From positions 26,778 through 90,777 of the forward strand of contig NZ_JBDGTV010000016.1 of assembly GCF_042216475.1 (NCBI RefSeq): 64,000 nucleotides of DNA, in the 5' to 3' direction. Shown one piece after another: positions 8,904-19,473 of this stretch. Both the position numbers and the translations under genes were made by a program. Under the pieces are notes generated by a model. That model saw nothing but the letters and a program-made list of their open reading frames with translations, had not been told where the DNA came from and did no database searches. Each line of letters begins with the position of its first letter. Positions within the stretch are counted from its first letter, which is position 1. Source of the DNA: Halosegnis sp. (GTDB lineage Archaea; Halobacteriota; Halobacteria; Halobacteriales; Haloarculaceae).

Positions 8904-9967
8904 AGGGCGTCGTTGACTGCCTCGACGGCGCGTTCAGTCATGGCCGGCGTTCCGCAGGTAATGCGGACACACTCCGGCAGCCCGAACGAAGTGGTGTCCC
9001 GGACGATGACGCCAGCCTGCTTCGCAGCCTCAAACACGCGTGTACCATCACCAACCTCCGCCAACACGAAGTTCCCTTGTGACTCGAAGGTGCGACACTC
9101 GAGGTTGTCGTACATGTACTCACGAGCCCGGCGCGCTCCTTTCACTGTCTTTTCGACGTGTTCGTCGTCCTCAAGAGCGGCGAGACCAGCCCGACAGGCC
9201 AGCTCCGACGCGGCAAACGGCGTGTTGATGCGGGCATAGGCGTCGCCCCACGCCGGGGGAACAAGCGCGTAGCCGAGTCGACAGCCAGCCAGCCCGTACA
9301 CCTTTGAGAATGTGCGAAGCACGGCCACATCGTCGCGTTCGCGAACCAGTTTGACAGCAGAGGGAGACTCGGAGAACTCGGCGTATGCCTCGTCGACAAC
9401 AACGAGTGTTCGATCGGCAGTCTGGTCAGCGAGCCGCTCAACCTCTTCGAGAGGCATCTCCGTGCCCGCAGGATTATGTGGCGAGGTGACGTAGACAATA
9501 CGTTCGCCGTCGTAGCTGTCGAGCACACGGTCGGCTGTCTGTGCGAAGCCGTCGGCCTTCTCCAGCGGATAGTGGTTCACTCGGCCGTGGTGGAAGCGAG
9601 CCGACATGGCGTAGTAGGCGAACCCCGGCTCAGAGACGAGTACTCGATCACCGGGCTCGATAAGCGCGCGCGCCAGGTAGTCGAGAGCCCCGTCACCGCC
9701 ATTGGCAACCCACACCTGCTCGTCGGTCACGTTGAATCGGTTGGCCAGTTGTTCGGTGAGATTCGCGTGGGATGCCTTCGGGTAGGCGTGGACTGTCGCG
9801 GCCGCCTCACGCAAGGCGACAACGGCCTTCGGAGACGGTCCCCACGCATTCTCGTTGGAAGAGAGTTTCGTCAGCTCTTCAGGGGTGACGCCAAGTTCGC
9901 GAGCGGTCTCCTCGATGCCACGTCCAGCCTCGTAGGGGACGTGCGCGGAGAGGTCCCGTGGTTCCAT
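8900..9967 (-). CDS. hisC: Histidinol-phosphate aminotransferase
   Basis: 355 aa, class-II aminotransferase. Motifs include SSNENAWGPSP, NPAGT and TFSKVYGLAGCRLGY. Confidence 0.9.
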   Translation of the reverse strand: MEPRDLSAHVPYEAGRGIEETARELGVTPEELTKLSSNENAWGPSPKAVVALREAAATVHAYPKASHANLTEQLANRFNVTDEQVWVANGGDGALDYLARALIEPGDRVLVSEPGFAYYAMSARFHHGRVNHYPLEKADGFAQTADRVLDSYDGERIVYVTSPHNPAGTEMPLEEVERLADQTADRTLVVVDEAYAEFSESPSAVKLVRERDDVAVLRTFSKVYGLAGCRLGYALVPPAWGDAYARINTPFAASELACRAGLAALEDDEHVEKTVKGARRAREYMYDNLECRTFESQGNFVLAEVGDGTRVFEAAKQAGVIVRDTTSFGLPECVRITCGTPAMTERAVEAVNDAL

Positions 9968-10054
9968 ACCGGGAGAAGCGGCGGCCGACTCTTAAGACTG
10001 CTCACACCGGGCGCAGAGCGGTAGATTCACGGACGCACCGAGAGACGCGGAAGC

Positions 10055-10543
10055 ATGGGACCTCTCTTCGTATCCCTGCAAATGGGCGTCGGATTGGCAG
10101 TGTCGTACGTGCTTCACATGCTGTTTGCCGCGGCGCTGACCGGCGGCGTGCTATATGTCGCGCTGTTCGTCAATCCAGCGGCGGTCGCCGGTGATATCGG
10201 CAACGAGGCGTTCTCGCGGGTGACAGGTGGGCTGTCGACGCTGACGCGGGCCTCGGCGGTCGTCCTGCTGCTCACTGGCGGCCACCAAGCGGGTACGCTC
10301 TATACTCTTGAAACGCTCACCGGAACCGGGCGAGGGCACCTCGTGCTTGGGATGCTCGTGATGTGGGTAGCGATGACCGGGCTTATCGAGGTAGCCGGCT
10401 CGAAGCTCAGGGACGGCCTCGAAGCAGGGAAGCTTCGCGAACCTGCCCGGGAGGCACGCCCATTTTTCCGTGCCGCCGCAGTGCTGGCAATTCTCCTGTT
10501 AGTCGACGCGGGGCTGCTCGCAGCGCCGGCGCTGCCCTTCTAA
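10055..10543 (+). CDS. Small polytopic membrane protein, function unknown
   Basis: 162 aa with four hydrophobic segments. It is convergent with the GMC oxidoreductase, with a 4-nt overlap. Confidence 0.55.
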   Translation: MGPLFVSLQMGVGLAVSYVLHMLFAAALTGGVLYVALFVNPAAVAGDIGNEAFSRVTGGLSTLTRASAVVLLLTGGHQAGTLYTLETLTGTGRGHLVLGMLVMWVAMTGLIEVAGSKLRDGLEAGKLREPAREARPFFRAAAVLAILLLVDAGLLAAPALPF

Positions 10544-12129
10544 AGGCTTCCGGCGACGCTTTCGGCACACAGCAGCGCGAGCGCGCCGATGGTGAGCGTC
10601 GGGTTGAGCGCGCCACCGTTCGGGAACACTGACGATGAGGCAATCCACAAGTTCTCTACGTCGTGGGTTCGACAATCCGGGCGGACAACGCCCGCCGCTG
10701 GGTCGCGGCTCACTCGTGTCGTCCCCATGTGGTGGTAGGCCGGTCCAGTATTGTCAGGGCCAACGGTCCACTCGATGTCGACACCCATCGCCTCCAGCAC
10801 GGCCCGTTGTACCTCGTTAGCCCGCGCGAGCGTTCGTTTCGTTCGTTCGTCAATCTCCCAGATGATGTCTGGCACTGGGTTGCCGTGGTCGTCGGTGCGC
10901 GACTCGTCGAGTGAGATTCGGTTGCGCGCGAGCGGCGGCTGACCAACCAGCCCGCCCATCGCGACGTGGCTACCGTAGGCATCCTGCAGTTGCCGGAGCA
11001 GGTCATCGCCCCATGCGTCGCCCGTCATTGCCATCTCGACCGGGGAGGGGCCGGCATAGTTGAGGAATTCCAGTTTAAACGGCGCGAACTCGCCGTTGCG
11101 ACTAGGGATTGCGTCAGTGCCCACACCAGGGTCGTCGTAAAACTGGTGACTCTCGGTTGTGATGAAGCCGATGTGGTTCTGTCGAGTCGGCTCTCCAAGC
11201 GTACCCCCCATCCCCGCAAACAGATGTTCGTGGAAGTATCGGCCGACCAGCCCAGACGAGTTTGCCAGCCCATCCGGGTGGCTGTCGTCGGTCGACAATA
11301 GGAGGAGCCGTGGGGTTTCAACTCCGCCGGCTGCGAGCACAAACCGATCGGCCGTGAGCGTTCGTTCTTCTCCCTCGTGGGCGTAGACAGCGCGAGCCAC
11401 GCGTCCCCCGTTTGCGTCTGTCTCCAATCGTTGGACAGGTGCCTCTGTGTGAACAGTGAGTCCCTTCGCCTCGGCCTGCCGGACCGTGTGGTCGGCACTA
11501 TACTTCGCGCCCGACGGACAGACAGGCTTGCAGGTGCCGTACCCGACACACGCCGAGCGGTCGTCGTACGGCTCGGAGTTGCGCGCGTTTGGCGCCGAAT
11601 GGGTCGCCACGCCCACCTGTTTGCAGGCCTCTGCGAATAGCGAGTCCGAGTAGGATGGTGGGAACGCAGGCAGGGGGTGGGGCGACTCGCGTGGCGGCGC
11701 AAACGGGTTGTCAGCGGCGCCTGCAACGCCGAACACCGCCTCTGCTCGGCGGTAGTACGGCTGCAGGTCGGTGTACTCCAGCGGCCACGCGGGGGCGTTG
11801 TTTTCGCCCGCGAAGTCCGCCTCATGGAGCCGATACACCATCCCCTGCCAGTGATTGGTGGAGCCGCCGACGCCCTTCACGCGGGCCACGTTCAGCGGAT
11901 AAAAGTCTGGCCCGGACGCAGAAAAAGCGTCCCGCGGACCACCCATTTCCCACACCTCCGGGTCGGCGTGGGCCGGCCGGATAGACCGCTCCATCCGCTC
12001 GTGGTCGCGTTCCTCAAATCGGGGACCGGCCTCTAAGACGGTTACTTCGTAGCCCGCCTCAATAAGCTGGTCCGCGACCAGCGCGCCCGCGGGACCGGCG
12101 CCGATGACGCAGACATCCGTCTCTGTCAT
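10540..12129 (-). CDS. GMC-family FAD-dependent oxidoreductase
   Basis: The N-terminus DVCVIGAGPAGALVA is an FAD-binding fold. The C-terminus HHMGTTRV...SSVFPNGG matches GMC signatures. Confidence 0.85.
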   Translation of the reverse strand: MTETDVCVIGAGPAGALVADQLIEAGYEVTVLEAGPRFEERDHERMERSIRPAHADPEVWEMGGPRDAFSASGPDFYPLNVARVKGVGGSTNHWQGMVYRLHEADFAGENNAPAWPLEYTDLQPYYRRAEAVFGVAGAADNPFAPPRESPHPLPAFPPSYSDSLFAEACKQVGVATHSAPNARNSEPYDDRSACVGYGTCKPVCPSGAKYSADHTVRQAEAKGLTVHTEAPVQRLETDANGGRVARAVYAHEGEERTLTADRFVLAAGGVETPRLLLLSTDDSHPDGLANSSGLVGRYFHEHLFAGMGGTLGEPTRQNHIGFITTESHQFYDDPGVGTDAIPSRNGEFAPFKLEFLNYAGPSPVEMAMTGDAWGDDLLRQLQDAYGSHVAMGGLVGQPPLARNRISLDESRTDDHGNPVPDIIWEIDERTKRTLARANEVQRAVLEAMGVDIEWTVGPDNTGPAYHHMGTTRVSRDPAAGVVRPDCRTHDVENLWIASSSVFPNGGALNPTLTIGALALLCAESVAGSL

Positions 12130-12653
12130 CGTGGCCCCCGCTGGTAGCTGTTCGTCCCGCCAGGGTACCCCTGCGGGTTCTCAATGCCGACGAGTTCACC
12201 ACCCGTCGGCGATGCATACAGCGCGTACAGCAGTTCATTAACCACATAGTAGCGAACCCGCTCGGCGAGCGTCCCATCAGGCGCCTCTTCGGCGGTGTGG
12301 ACGCCCAGTTGGCGCAGTAGTTCGTCGCGCGTCTCTGCGGAAAGTTGGGCAAACCGACCGTCCTCCCAAGCCTGTGCCGTCGCGTCGAGTTCTTCTGTCG
12401 CCGACCGCACGCCCTCAAGATACCCCTCGCGGCCCTCAATGCGACCCAATGAGTACGTCTCGACGAACGTCTCGACGCCTGTCACCTCGCTTGGATACAC
12501 CGTCTCGGCGGCCGCCGTCAGGGTCTCGAGGGGTAGATCGACGCGCTGCTCCTCGGCCACGACATCCGATCGCGAGAGCGCCGCCGCCCCGCCCCCGACG
12601 ATGACACCGGCCCCTGTCAGCGCCGCCAGCGCATCGCGTCGCGTCAACTTCAC
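12126..12653 (-). CDS. Gluconate 2-dehydrogenase subunit-3-like small subunit with Tat signal
   Basis: The twin-arginine leader is KLTRRDALAALTGAGVIVGGG. It has a 4-nt overlap with the GMC gene. The start codon is GTG. Confidence 0.7.
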   Translation of the reverse strand: MKLTRRDALAALTGAGVIVGGGAAALSRSDVVAEEQRVDLPLETLTAAAETVYPSEVTGVETFVETYSLGRIEGREGYLEGVRSATEELDATAQAWEDGRFAQLSAETRDELLRQLGVHTAEEAPDGTLAERVRYYVVNELLYALYASPTGGELVGIENPQGYPGGTNSYQRGPR

Positions 12654-12698
12654 AGCGGCGGATTAGGGGAACCTAAACTTAGTCGTTGTTACTCCGAG

Positions 12699-13454
12699 TC
12701 AGGGAATAGAGACAGTGTTCCGGAGCGTGCCGACCCCTTCTACTTCTATCTCTACCTCGTCGCCATCCCCCAGCGGGCCGACCCCCTCAGGCGTGCCCGT
12801 AGAGATGATGTCGCCCGGCTGGAGGGTCAGGTACGACGTTATCTCGGCGACGAGTTCCGGCACGTCGAAGATGAACTGGTCGCGCGTCGAGTCTTGACGG
12901 GTCTCACCGTTGACGCGGCAGCGAACGCTCGCGTCGGCAGGCACCTCATCCGGCGTCGCCAGCGCCGGGCCGATGGGGGCAGCATCATCGAACGCCTTCC
13001 CGCGAATCCAGTTTTGCTCCTGACGCTGGTCATCACGGTTTGAGATATCATTGACGCAGGTGAAGCCAGCGACGTGAGCCATGGCCTCCTCAGCAGCGAC
13101 GTCTCGCGCACGCTCGCCAATGACGACGCCGAGCTCCGCCTCATGGTCGATACGCTCCTTGCCGGCCGGTAGACGGAGGTCATCTCCATGGGCCGCCACG
13201 GCGTTAGGCGGTTTCAGGAACAGCAGTGGCCGGTCGGGTATCTCGCTGTCCTGTTCGGCAGCGTGGTCGGCGTAATTAAGCCCGATACAAACAATCTTCG
13301 AGGGATCACACGGCGGGAGCAGGTCAACGGTGTCAGCGTCGAACGACTCCGTGCTGGCCAGTCGACTCCCGTGATTGGGGAACGCGCGGATTTCGCCGTC
13401 AACTAATTCGCCGAGTCGGATATCCTCACCATCGTGGAATCGAACGTATCGCAC
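12699..13454 (-). CDS. Fumarylacetoacetate hydrolase (FAH) family protein
   Basis: 251 aa. The motifs DHEAELGVVIG, GFTCVNDISNRD and GDIISTGTPEGVG are present. Confidence 0.85.
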   Translation of the reverse strand: MRYVRFHDGEDIRLGELVDGEIRAFPNHGSRLASTESFDADTVDLLPPCDPSKIVCIGLNYADHAAEQDSEIPDRPLLFLKPPNAVAAHGDDLRLPAGKERIDHEAELGVVIGERARDVAAEEAMAHVAGFTCVNDISNRDDQRQEQNWIRGKAFDDAAPIGPALATPDEVPADASVRCRVNGETRQDSTRDQFIFDVPELVAEITSYLTLQPGDIISTGTPEGVGPLGDGDEVEIEVEGVGTLRNTVSIP

Positions 13455-13549
13455 ACCGGCGCGTGGGTGCGGGCCACGTTAAGCGTTTAGCTGCCGCCCG
13501 ACTGCTGAGAGCGACAGACCGAAGTCCCCTCGCGGAACCGTGTTCGGAT

Positions 13550-14356
13550 ATGGAGGCTCCCGACTTCTCCGTGACGGACGAGCGCGTCCTTGTCACGGGG
13601 GCATCACGAGGCATCGGACGGTCGATTGCTGAGCGGTTCGCTGCGGCTGGCGCGGACGTCGCGGTCTGCTCACGGTCCATGGATCGAATCGGTCCCGTGG
13701 CAAACAGCATTAATGAGGCAGACGTTCCCGGCGAAGCGCTCGCCGCCGAGTGTGATGTTCGGGAGCGCGAGGACGTTGAGGCGTTCTTCACGGCCGCTGT
13801 CGACGAGTTTGGTGGGCTAGATGTCGTTGTGAACAACGCTGGCGGCGAGTTCGTCGCCGACTTCGAGGAAATCTCTGAGGGCGGCTGGGAAGCCGTCACT
13901 GATCTCAACCTTGGGGGCACATACCGCTGCTCGCAGGTGGCCGGCGAGTATCTCCGCCAGCCGGCCGGTGACGGCGGCACGATACTCAATATGGCGTCGG
14001 TCAACGGTCAGCACGCAGCCCCCGGCGAGAGTCATTACGGGGCGGCCAAGGCGGGCATCATCCGGTTAACAGAGACGCTTGCGACCGAGTGGGCCGATGA
14101 CGGCGTCCGGGTAAATTGCATCGCGCCTGGTCTCATCCAGACACCGGGGGTCGCGGAGACGCTCGGTATCGACGAGTCGGATATCCCGGCTCGTTCAGAG
14201 ACGTTCCGGCGTATCGGCTATCCGACCGAGATTGCCGACCTCGCAGTGTTCCTTGCGTCCCCGGGCGCGTCGTTCATCACCGGCGAGACGTACACCGCGA
14301 AGGGAGTACCGCGGCCGGGCAACTCGATGAGCAACGACCTCGGCCTGAAGGAGTAG
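13550..14356 (+). CDS. SDR-family oxidoreductase
   Basis: The ATG at 13550 was chosen. Motifs are VLVTGASRGIGRS, NNAG and YGAAKAG. Confidence 0.85.
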   Translation: MEAPDFSVTDERVLVTGASRGIGRSIAERFAAAGADVAVCSRSMDRIGPVANSINEADVPGEALAAECDVREREDVEAFFTAAVDEFGGLDVVVNNAGGEFVADFEEISEGGWEAVTDLNLGGTYRCSQVAGEYLRQPAGDGGTILNMASVNGQHAAPGESHYGAAKAGIIRLTETLATEWADDGVRVNCIAPGLIQTPGVAETLGIDESDIPARSETFRRIGYPTEIADLAVFLASPGASFITGETYTAKGVPRPGNSMSNDLGLKE

Positions 14357-15034
14357 TCAATACGGGTCAAAGTCGGGGCGCGAGTCGGCTCCCCGCGGCA
14401 AGTCCCAGCGCTCTCGGTATCGATCCGCTAGCCCGCGGCCAGCCTTGGTAAAGAAGAGGAAGACGCCATACGGCTCCCGGACGGGCTCATCTGGGTCTGA
14501 GGCCTCAATAGCCAACAGTTCCTCGGCCGGCGCGTCGGCGTAAGGGAGCCGCTCAAGCCACGGCTCCAGCGGAAGGCGACCAGCCGCCACTGCCGGGGTG
14601 AATCCCCCGTCTGGGAGCGAGTCACGCGGCTGGACCCACACTTCACCGGCGGCCTCGTCACCCTCTTGGGTACCGAGTGCCCGACCGGTCGGGACGACTC
14701 CCTCCTCGCTGGCCTCTGCGAGTGCGCGCTCCCACGTCTGGCGGGCGACATCAGGATACTCGACGCCGACGGCGAAGTCGATGTCGACACTAGCCGTGTC
14801 CTCGCGCTCAGCGGCCTCAAGACGCCACGGCTCCTGTGGCGCCTCGGGATCGCCGGTGACGGTCGCCTCTATCATATCACCCGTCGCGAGCGAGTCGACG
14901 GTCGACTGGAGCGGCGCGGGATAGTCGGTCTGGTAGACAGAGTATAACCGGCGGTCGGCAACGTCGAAGAGGTTGATATGAAGCACGGCCCCAAGAACGC
15001 GGTAGACGCGAAACCGGCCGCTCGTCGTCGCCAT
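14357..15034 (-). CDS. Conserved-looking acidic hypothetical protein
   Basis: 225-aa acidic ORF with high third-position GC. I recognise no motif. Its stop codon abuts the SDR stop codon. Confidence 0.5.
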   Translation of the reverse strand: MATTSGRFRVYRVLGAVLHINLFDVADRRLYSVYQTDYPAPLQSTVDSLATGDMIEATVTGDPEAPQEPWRLEAAEREDTASVDIDFAVGVEYPDVARQTWERALAEASEEGVVPTGRALGTQEGDEAAGEVWVQPRDSLPDGGFTPAVAAGRLPLEPWLERLPYADAPAEELLAIEASDPDEPVREPYGVFLFFTKAGRGLADRYRERWDLPRGADSRPDFDPY

Positions 15035-15075
15035 ATCGGAGGGAGGCGGCGCCCACGGATACCGCTTTGCTTTGG

Positions 15076-15507
15076 TCAGACAGGCTTCGCCATCCGCCGG
15101 TGCGGGATGCCAGCATCCTCGAACGGTTCGTCGTCCTGTAGGGCGTAGCCCCGGCGCTTGTAAAAATCAACGACCGGTACCTGCGCGTCGAGCACGACCC
15201 GGTCGTAGCCCGCCTCGCTCGCATGCGTCTCAACGACATCCATCAGTTCGTCACCGTACCCCTCGCCACGCTTGGCGGCGACGACGGCAACCCGCTCGAC
15301 TTTCACCGCCGTCTCCTCGTACTCACGGAGTCGGGCGACTGCAGTTGGTTCGCCATCGACGCGCCCGAGAAAGTGGGTTGCTTCCGGGTCACGCCCGTCC
15401 ACTTCGCGGTCGTATGGCACTTCTTGTTCGTCCACGAACACCCGTTCGCGTATGTCAAGGGCGGCCTCAAATGCCGGGTTCTCGTGTTCGAACACGACCA
15501 CGTCCAT
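15076..15507 (-). CDS. GNAT-family N-acetyltransferase
   Basis: 143 aa. VAVVAAKRGEGYGDELM fits the acetyl-CoA binding motif. Confidence 0.8.
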   Translation of the reverse strand: MDVVVFEHENPAFEAALDIRERVFVDEQEVPYDREVDGRDPEATHFLGRVDGEPTAVARLREYEETAVKVERVAVVAAKRGEGYGDELMDVVETHASEAGYDRVVLDAQVPVVDFYKRRGYALQDDEPFEDAGIPHRRMAKPV

Positions 15508-15537
15508 ATCATCGCCTGTGGCTCCGTCGGGAAGTTG

Positions 15538-15717
15538 TTACCCTTCCTCGATACCGGCGTCTGTGGCATTCTGTTTTACCGACTCGATGCCCTGCTTCGC
15601 CTTTTGCTTGGAGGCGTACCCCTCGCCGGAGTCCGCGATAATGTTGCCGTTCTCATGGCGGAGCCGCCAGCGGTAGTCGCCGGAAGCATCCTCGTATAGT
15701 TCGAACGTTGCGCCCAT
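15538..15717 (-). CDS. DUF1508 / YegP-like small protein
   Basis: Only the last 59 aa of the track ORF look real (MGATFELYEDASGDYRWRLRHENGNIIADSGEGYASKQKAKQGIESV). The upstream part is basic and unlike a halophile protein. Confidence 0.7.
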   Translation of the reverse strand: MGATFELYEDASGDYRWRLRHENGNIIADSGEGYASKQKAKQGIESVKQNATDAGIEEG

Positions 15718-15763
15718 ACGCGCGTGTTCGGCCGAGCCGGCAATAAATCTCGCCGCCAGACGG

Positions 15764-16750
15764 TCACAACCGGTCACCCCACAGGTCCCCCTCAGGGTAG
15801 GTGTCGCCGCGGTCACACAGGGGGACAACGACAGTATCCTCCCGATCGAATACCCCCTCACTCGCCAGCCGTCGGATGCAAGCGATGGCCGCACCCGACG
15901 AGGGACCAACGAGGAAGTCGCCGTCAACCCGGAGGTGACGCCGGATCGTCTCGGGGTCGTGGCGACCAGTAGCAATCAATGCCGGATTCGTCTGTGCGTG
16001 TGCGGCCGCGAGATCGCGGGCTGCGGTACGGGCACGCTCGGTGTCGACGTACCGCTTGCGGTCGAGCACTGACTCCACGTACGTGTCGGGATGGAACCCG
16101 CCGCCGCGGAGGTACTTTAGCCCGCAGATGCTATGGGTCGCGTCGGCCGGCTCGAAACCGACCACCTCGATGGTTGGGTCGCGCTGACGAAGCGTGCGGC
16201 CGACGCCCGTCACCGTGCCGCCGGTACCCGCGCCGGCGACGAATCCCGTCACTTGGCCGCCGGTGTCACGCCATATCTCTCGGCCTGTCCGCTCGTGGGC
16301 CCGCGGATTCGCAGGGTTGCGATACTGGTCAGCGCGCCAGTAGCCGCCAGCAGCAGCCAATTCGTCTGCCCGAGCTAGAAGAGCATCGTAGCCCGCCTCC
16401 GCTGGCACCTCATGAATTGTCGCGCCGGCCGCCTCGAGGGCACCGCGTTTGCCTGCCGCGATGTTGTCCGGGACAACCACGGTGGCGTCATAGCCGCGGG
16501 CACCGGCGACCCGCGCCAGGGCGCGGGCCGTGTTGCCTGAGGAGGCTTCAAGAACGGTGGCACCAGGAAGGTGGCCCGTGGTCTCCGCGGCGTCAAGCAT
16601 CGCAACGGCAATGCGGGCTTTCAGTGAACTACCGCCGTGGCCGATGCCTGGGAAGTGGAGCCACTCCACCTTGCCAAGCACCGTCGGCGCGCAGTCGACG
16701 TTGAGCGCGACGAGTGGGGTATCACCGACCGTCGACTCGTCAACGACCAT
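15764..16750 (-). CDS. PLP-dependent cysteine synthase family protein
   Basis: The ATG at 16750 ([14 protein letters not shown]) was chosen. The PLP lysine lies in GGSSLKAR, and the [10 protein letters not shown] glycine loop is present. Confidence 0.8.
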   Translation of the reverse strand: MVVDESTVGDTPLVALNVDCAPTVLGKVEWLHFPGIGHGGSSLKARIAVAMLDAAETTGHLPGATVLEASSGNTARALARVAGARGYDATVVVPDNIAAGKRGALEAAGATIHEVPAEAGYDALLARADELAAAGGYWRADQYRNPANPRAHERTGREIWRDTGGQVTGFVAGAGTGGTVTGVGRTLRQRDPTIEVVGFEPADATHSICGLKYLRGGGFHPDTYVESVLDRKRYVDTERARTAARDLAAAHAQTNPALIATGRHDPETIRRHLRVDGDFLVGPSSGAAIACIRRLASEGVFDREDTVVVPLCDRGDTYPEGDLWGDRL

Positions 16751-16803
16751 GTCGACGGTAGCCGCGCGAGGAGCAAAACCGCCGTGGCCCGTCCCCTGAA
16801 CGG

Positions 16804-16809
16804 TTATAC
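16804..16809 (+). promoter_or_regulatory. TATA-like box for the leaderless UPF0173 hydrolase gene
   Basis: TTATAC lies about 29 nt upstream of ATG 16835. Confidence 0.4.
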
Positions 16810-16834
16810 GGGTGCCGCGAGTACGACCGCGCGT

Positions 16835-17557
16835 ATGGAACTGACATACTACGGTCATTCGACGTTCGGTGTTGAAGTGGGTGAGACGTCGCTGTTGGTG
16901 GACCCATTCTTTGCCAACCCCATGACCGACACCGCCCCTGCGGACGTTCCGACGCCGGACTACGTCCTGCTCACGCACGGTCACGAGGACCACATCGCCC
17001 ACGCAGCGGAGTTCTCCGACGCGACCCTGGTGGCCGTCCCCGAACTGGCGGCGTACGCGGAGGAAGAACTCGGCTTCGACAATGCAGTCGCAGGGATGGG
17101 GATGAACATGGGCGGTACGGTTGAGTGTGGCGACACGTTCGTCACGATGGTTCGTGCGGACCACACGAACGGGCTGATGACCGACTACGAGTACAGTGCC
17201 GGCCCGCCGGTGGGCTACGTTGTCTCAACGACGAAGCCGACGCAAGAGACAGACGCCGAGAGCGAGGCGTTCTACCATGCTGGCGACACGTCGCTGATGT
17301 CGGAGATGCGCGATGTCATTGGCCCGTTCCTGGAACCCGACATCGCGGCCGTTCCGGCCGGCGACCACTTCACGATGGGGCCAACGCAGGCGGCCATCGC
17401 CGTCGACTGGCTCAACGTCGACTACGCGGTGCCGATGCACTACGACACGTTCCCCCCTATCGAGATCGACACTGACGATTTTGTCCGCGAGGTGCGCGTG
17501 ACCGGCAGCGACGCAGAAGTCGTCGTCCTAGACGGTGACGAGTCGTTCATCCTGTAG
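16835..17557 (+). CDS. UPF0173-type metal-dependent hydrolase (beta-lactamase fold)
   Basis: Starts [15 protein letters not shown] and carries THGHEDH. A TATA-like TTATAC lies about 29 nt upstream. Confidence 0.8.
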   Translation: MELTYYGHSTFGVEVGETSLLVDPFFANPMTDTAPADVPTPDYVLLTHGHEDHIAHAAEFSDATLVAVPELAAYAEEELGFDNAVAGMGMNMGGTVECGDTFVTMVRADHTNGLMTDYEYSAGPPVGYVVSTTKPTQETDAESEAFYHAGDTSLMSEMRDVIGPFLEPDIAAVPAGDHFTMGPTQAAIAVDWLNVDYAVPMHYDTFPPIEIDTDDFVREVRVTGSDAEVVVLDGDESFIL

Positions 17558-17603
17558 CGGTCCGGCTACCTTTTTACCGGCGGCCGCCATCCGTACGCAC
17601 GTA

Positions 17604-18005
17604 ATGGCAGACGTCGAATCCAACACGGTCAACGAGAGTGGCTTCCACGCGACCAGCCGCGTCGGCAACTACGAGCTGTCCATCGACGCGACCAAGGAGG
17701 AGGGCCCCTCGCCAAATGAGGTGTTGCTCGCCGACTACGCGTCCTGTTACACGTTCGCCTTCCGCGCAGGCGCCAAGCGGGAACACGATATCGACCTCGG
17801 GCGCATAGAGACGGAGGCGGAGGCGAACCTCAACGATGACGATGACATCGTCGATGGTTCCGTCCGCTTTCATCTTCAGGTTGAGGCCGATCTTGACGAC
17901 GACGAAGTGGAGGAGCTCGTCGAACTGGGCGAGGAGATCTGTCATGTCCACGCCGCACTTCACGAGGGGATGTACGCGGAGATTGACGTGACGCCGAACG
18001 CCTGA
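17604..18005 (+). CDS. OsmC-family protein
   Basis: 133 aa from the ATG at 17604. It has two Cys contexts (ASCY, EICHVH) typical of OsmC/Ohr. Confidence 0.7.
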   Translation: MADVESNTVNESGFHATSRVGNYELSIDATKEEGPSPNEVLLADYASCYTFAFRAGAKREHDIDLGRIETEAEANLNDDDDIVDGSVRFHLQVEADLDDDEVEELVELGEEICHVHAALHEGMYAEIDVTPNA

Positions 18006-18054
18006 CCCCACGTCGTGAGAAACGCTGATACCCGGCGAACACCCACTGACGGGT

Positions 18055-18492
18055 ATGAGTGACTGGCAGGATCGAATCGTCGGCGCCCGTATGACCGTCG
18101 ACACCCGCTTCGAGGACCGCGTTGAGGCGAGTAGCTTCAGTCGCCAGGAATGGGGGCTGGTGATGACCGCCACTGAGTTCGACATCGACACGAGCGACGA
18201 ACCGCGGTTGTACGCCGATACCTCCAAACTGGCCGACATCATGCCCGAGGTAGAGAAGGTAAGCGAGCGGACACCGACGCCTGGAGGCGGTGTTGACCGT
18301 GAGGACTCGCGGGGGATGCTCGGCTCAATACTATCGACGCTGGGGCTTTCGGGCAGCTCAAGCGGCCCAGACCGCGCCGAACGCGTCCGTGAGGCCGAGG
18401 AGTTGACACAGGGATACGCCCGCGAACTCCAGTCGTACCTCGAGGAGAACGGCTCCTGGGAGGACGTGCTCGCGGCCTACCGCCGCGAGTAG
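18055..18492 (+). CDS. Conserved haloarchaeal hypothetical protein
   Basis: 145-aa acidic ORF with no motif I recognise. Its stop codon abuts the leuB stop codon. Confidence 0.5.
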   Translation: MSDWQDRIVGARMTVDTRFEDRVEASSFSRQEWGLVMTATEFDIDTSDEPRLYADTSKLADIMPEVEKVSERTPTPGGGVDREDSRGMLGSILSTLGLSGSSSGPDRAERVREAEELTQGYARELQSYLEENGSWEDVLAAYRRE

Positions 18493-19473
18493 TTAGAGAT
18501 GCGCGAGTACTGCGTCGGTTACCTCGTCGGTAGTCGCTGAGCCGCCGAGGTCCGGCGTCCGCGGCCCGTCCGCAAGCACAGCCTCAACGCCGGCCCGGAC
18601 CGACGTCGCCGCTTCCGTCTTCCCGAGATACTCCAGCAGCATCGCCGCTGAAAGGATAGCTGCCGCAGGGTTGGCGATTCCCCGGCCAGCGATGTCGGGA
18701 GCGGTACCGTGGACCGGCTCGAACAGCCCGTTGTCGTCACCGACGTTCGCGGAGGGCAACAGCCCGAGCCCGCCGACCAGTCCCGCGGCGAGGTCAGAGA
18801 GCACGTCTCCCGCGAGGTTCGGTGTGACAACCACGTCGAACCGCTTCGGGTCGAGCGGGAGCTCCGTTGCGAACGCATCCATCAGCACCTCTTCCGTCTC
18901 CACACCACGCTGCTCTGCGATCTCGAGAACAGCCTCTCTAAACCGGCCGTCCGTCTCCCGCATCACGTTCGCCTTGTGGGCGACGTGGAATTTGTCAAGG
19001 CCGCGGTCGGTCACGTACTCGCAGGCGAACTCTGCCAGCCGCTCCGAAGCGGAGGTGGTGACGACGCGGGTAAGCGTCGATAGGTCCGCAGAAAGACGGT
19101 CCTCGTGGCCAGCGTAGACTCCCTCGGTGTTCTCACGGAGGAAGACGAGATCCGTCTCCGGGCGGAGCGCATCGACGCCAGGGTATGCCCGTGCGGGGCG
19201 CACATTGACAAACGAGCCGACGGCCTCCCGAAGCGGGAGGATGACGTCCGCGGCCGTCTCGCCGGCGGCGCCAAACAGCGTCGCGTCGGCGTCAGCGACC
19301 ATGCGGTACGTCTCGTCGGGCAGCGGATCGCCGGTTCGCTCTGCGACGGCGTCGCCGGCCTCCGCGTGGCTGAACTCGAAGAGGCCATTGCCGACTGTCT
19401 TTAGCACGCGGACGGCAGCGGGCACCACCTCGCGGCCGATTCCGTCTCCCTCAATGACGACGACCTCAGTCAT
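18493..19473 (-). CDS. leuB: 3-isopropylmalate dehydrogenase
   Basis: The start [16 protein letters not shown] at 19473 overlaps the leuD stop by 8 nt. [20 protein letters not shown] matches the isocitrate/IPM dehydrogenase signature. Confidence 0.9.
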   Translation of the reverse strand: MTEVVVIEGDGIGREVVPAAVRVLKTVGNGLFEFSHAEAGDAVAERTGDPLPDETYRMVADADATLFGAAGETAADVILPLREAVGSFVNVRPARAYPGVDALRPETDLVFLRENTEGVYAGHEDRLSADLSTLTRVVTTSASERLAEFACEYVTDRGLDKFHVAHKANVMRETDGRFREAVLEIAEQRGVETEEVLMDAFATELPLDPKRFDVVVTPNLAGDVLSDLAAGLVGGLGLLPSANVGDDNGLFEPVHGTAPDIAGRGIANPAAAILSAAMLLEYLGKTEAATSVRAGVEAVLADGPRTPDLGGSATTDEVTDAVLAHL

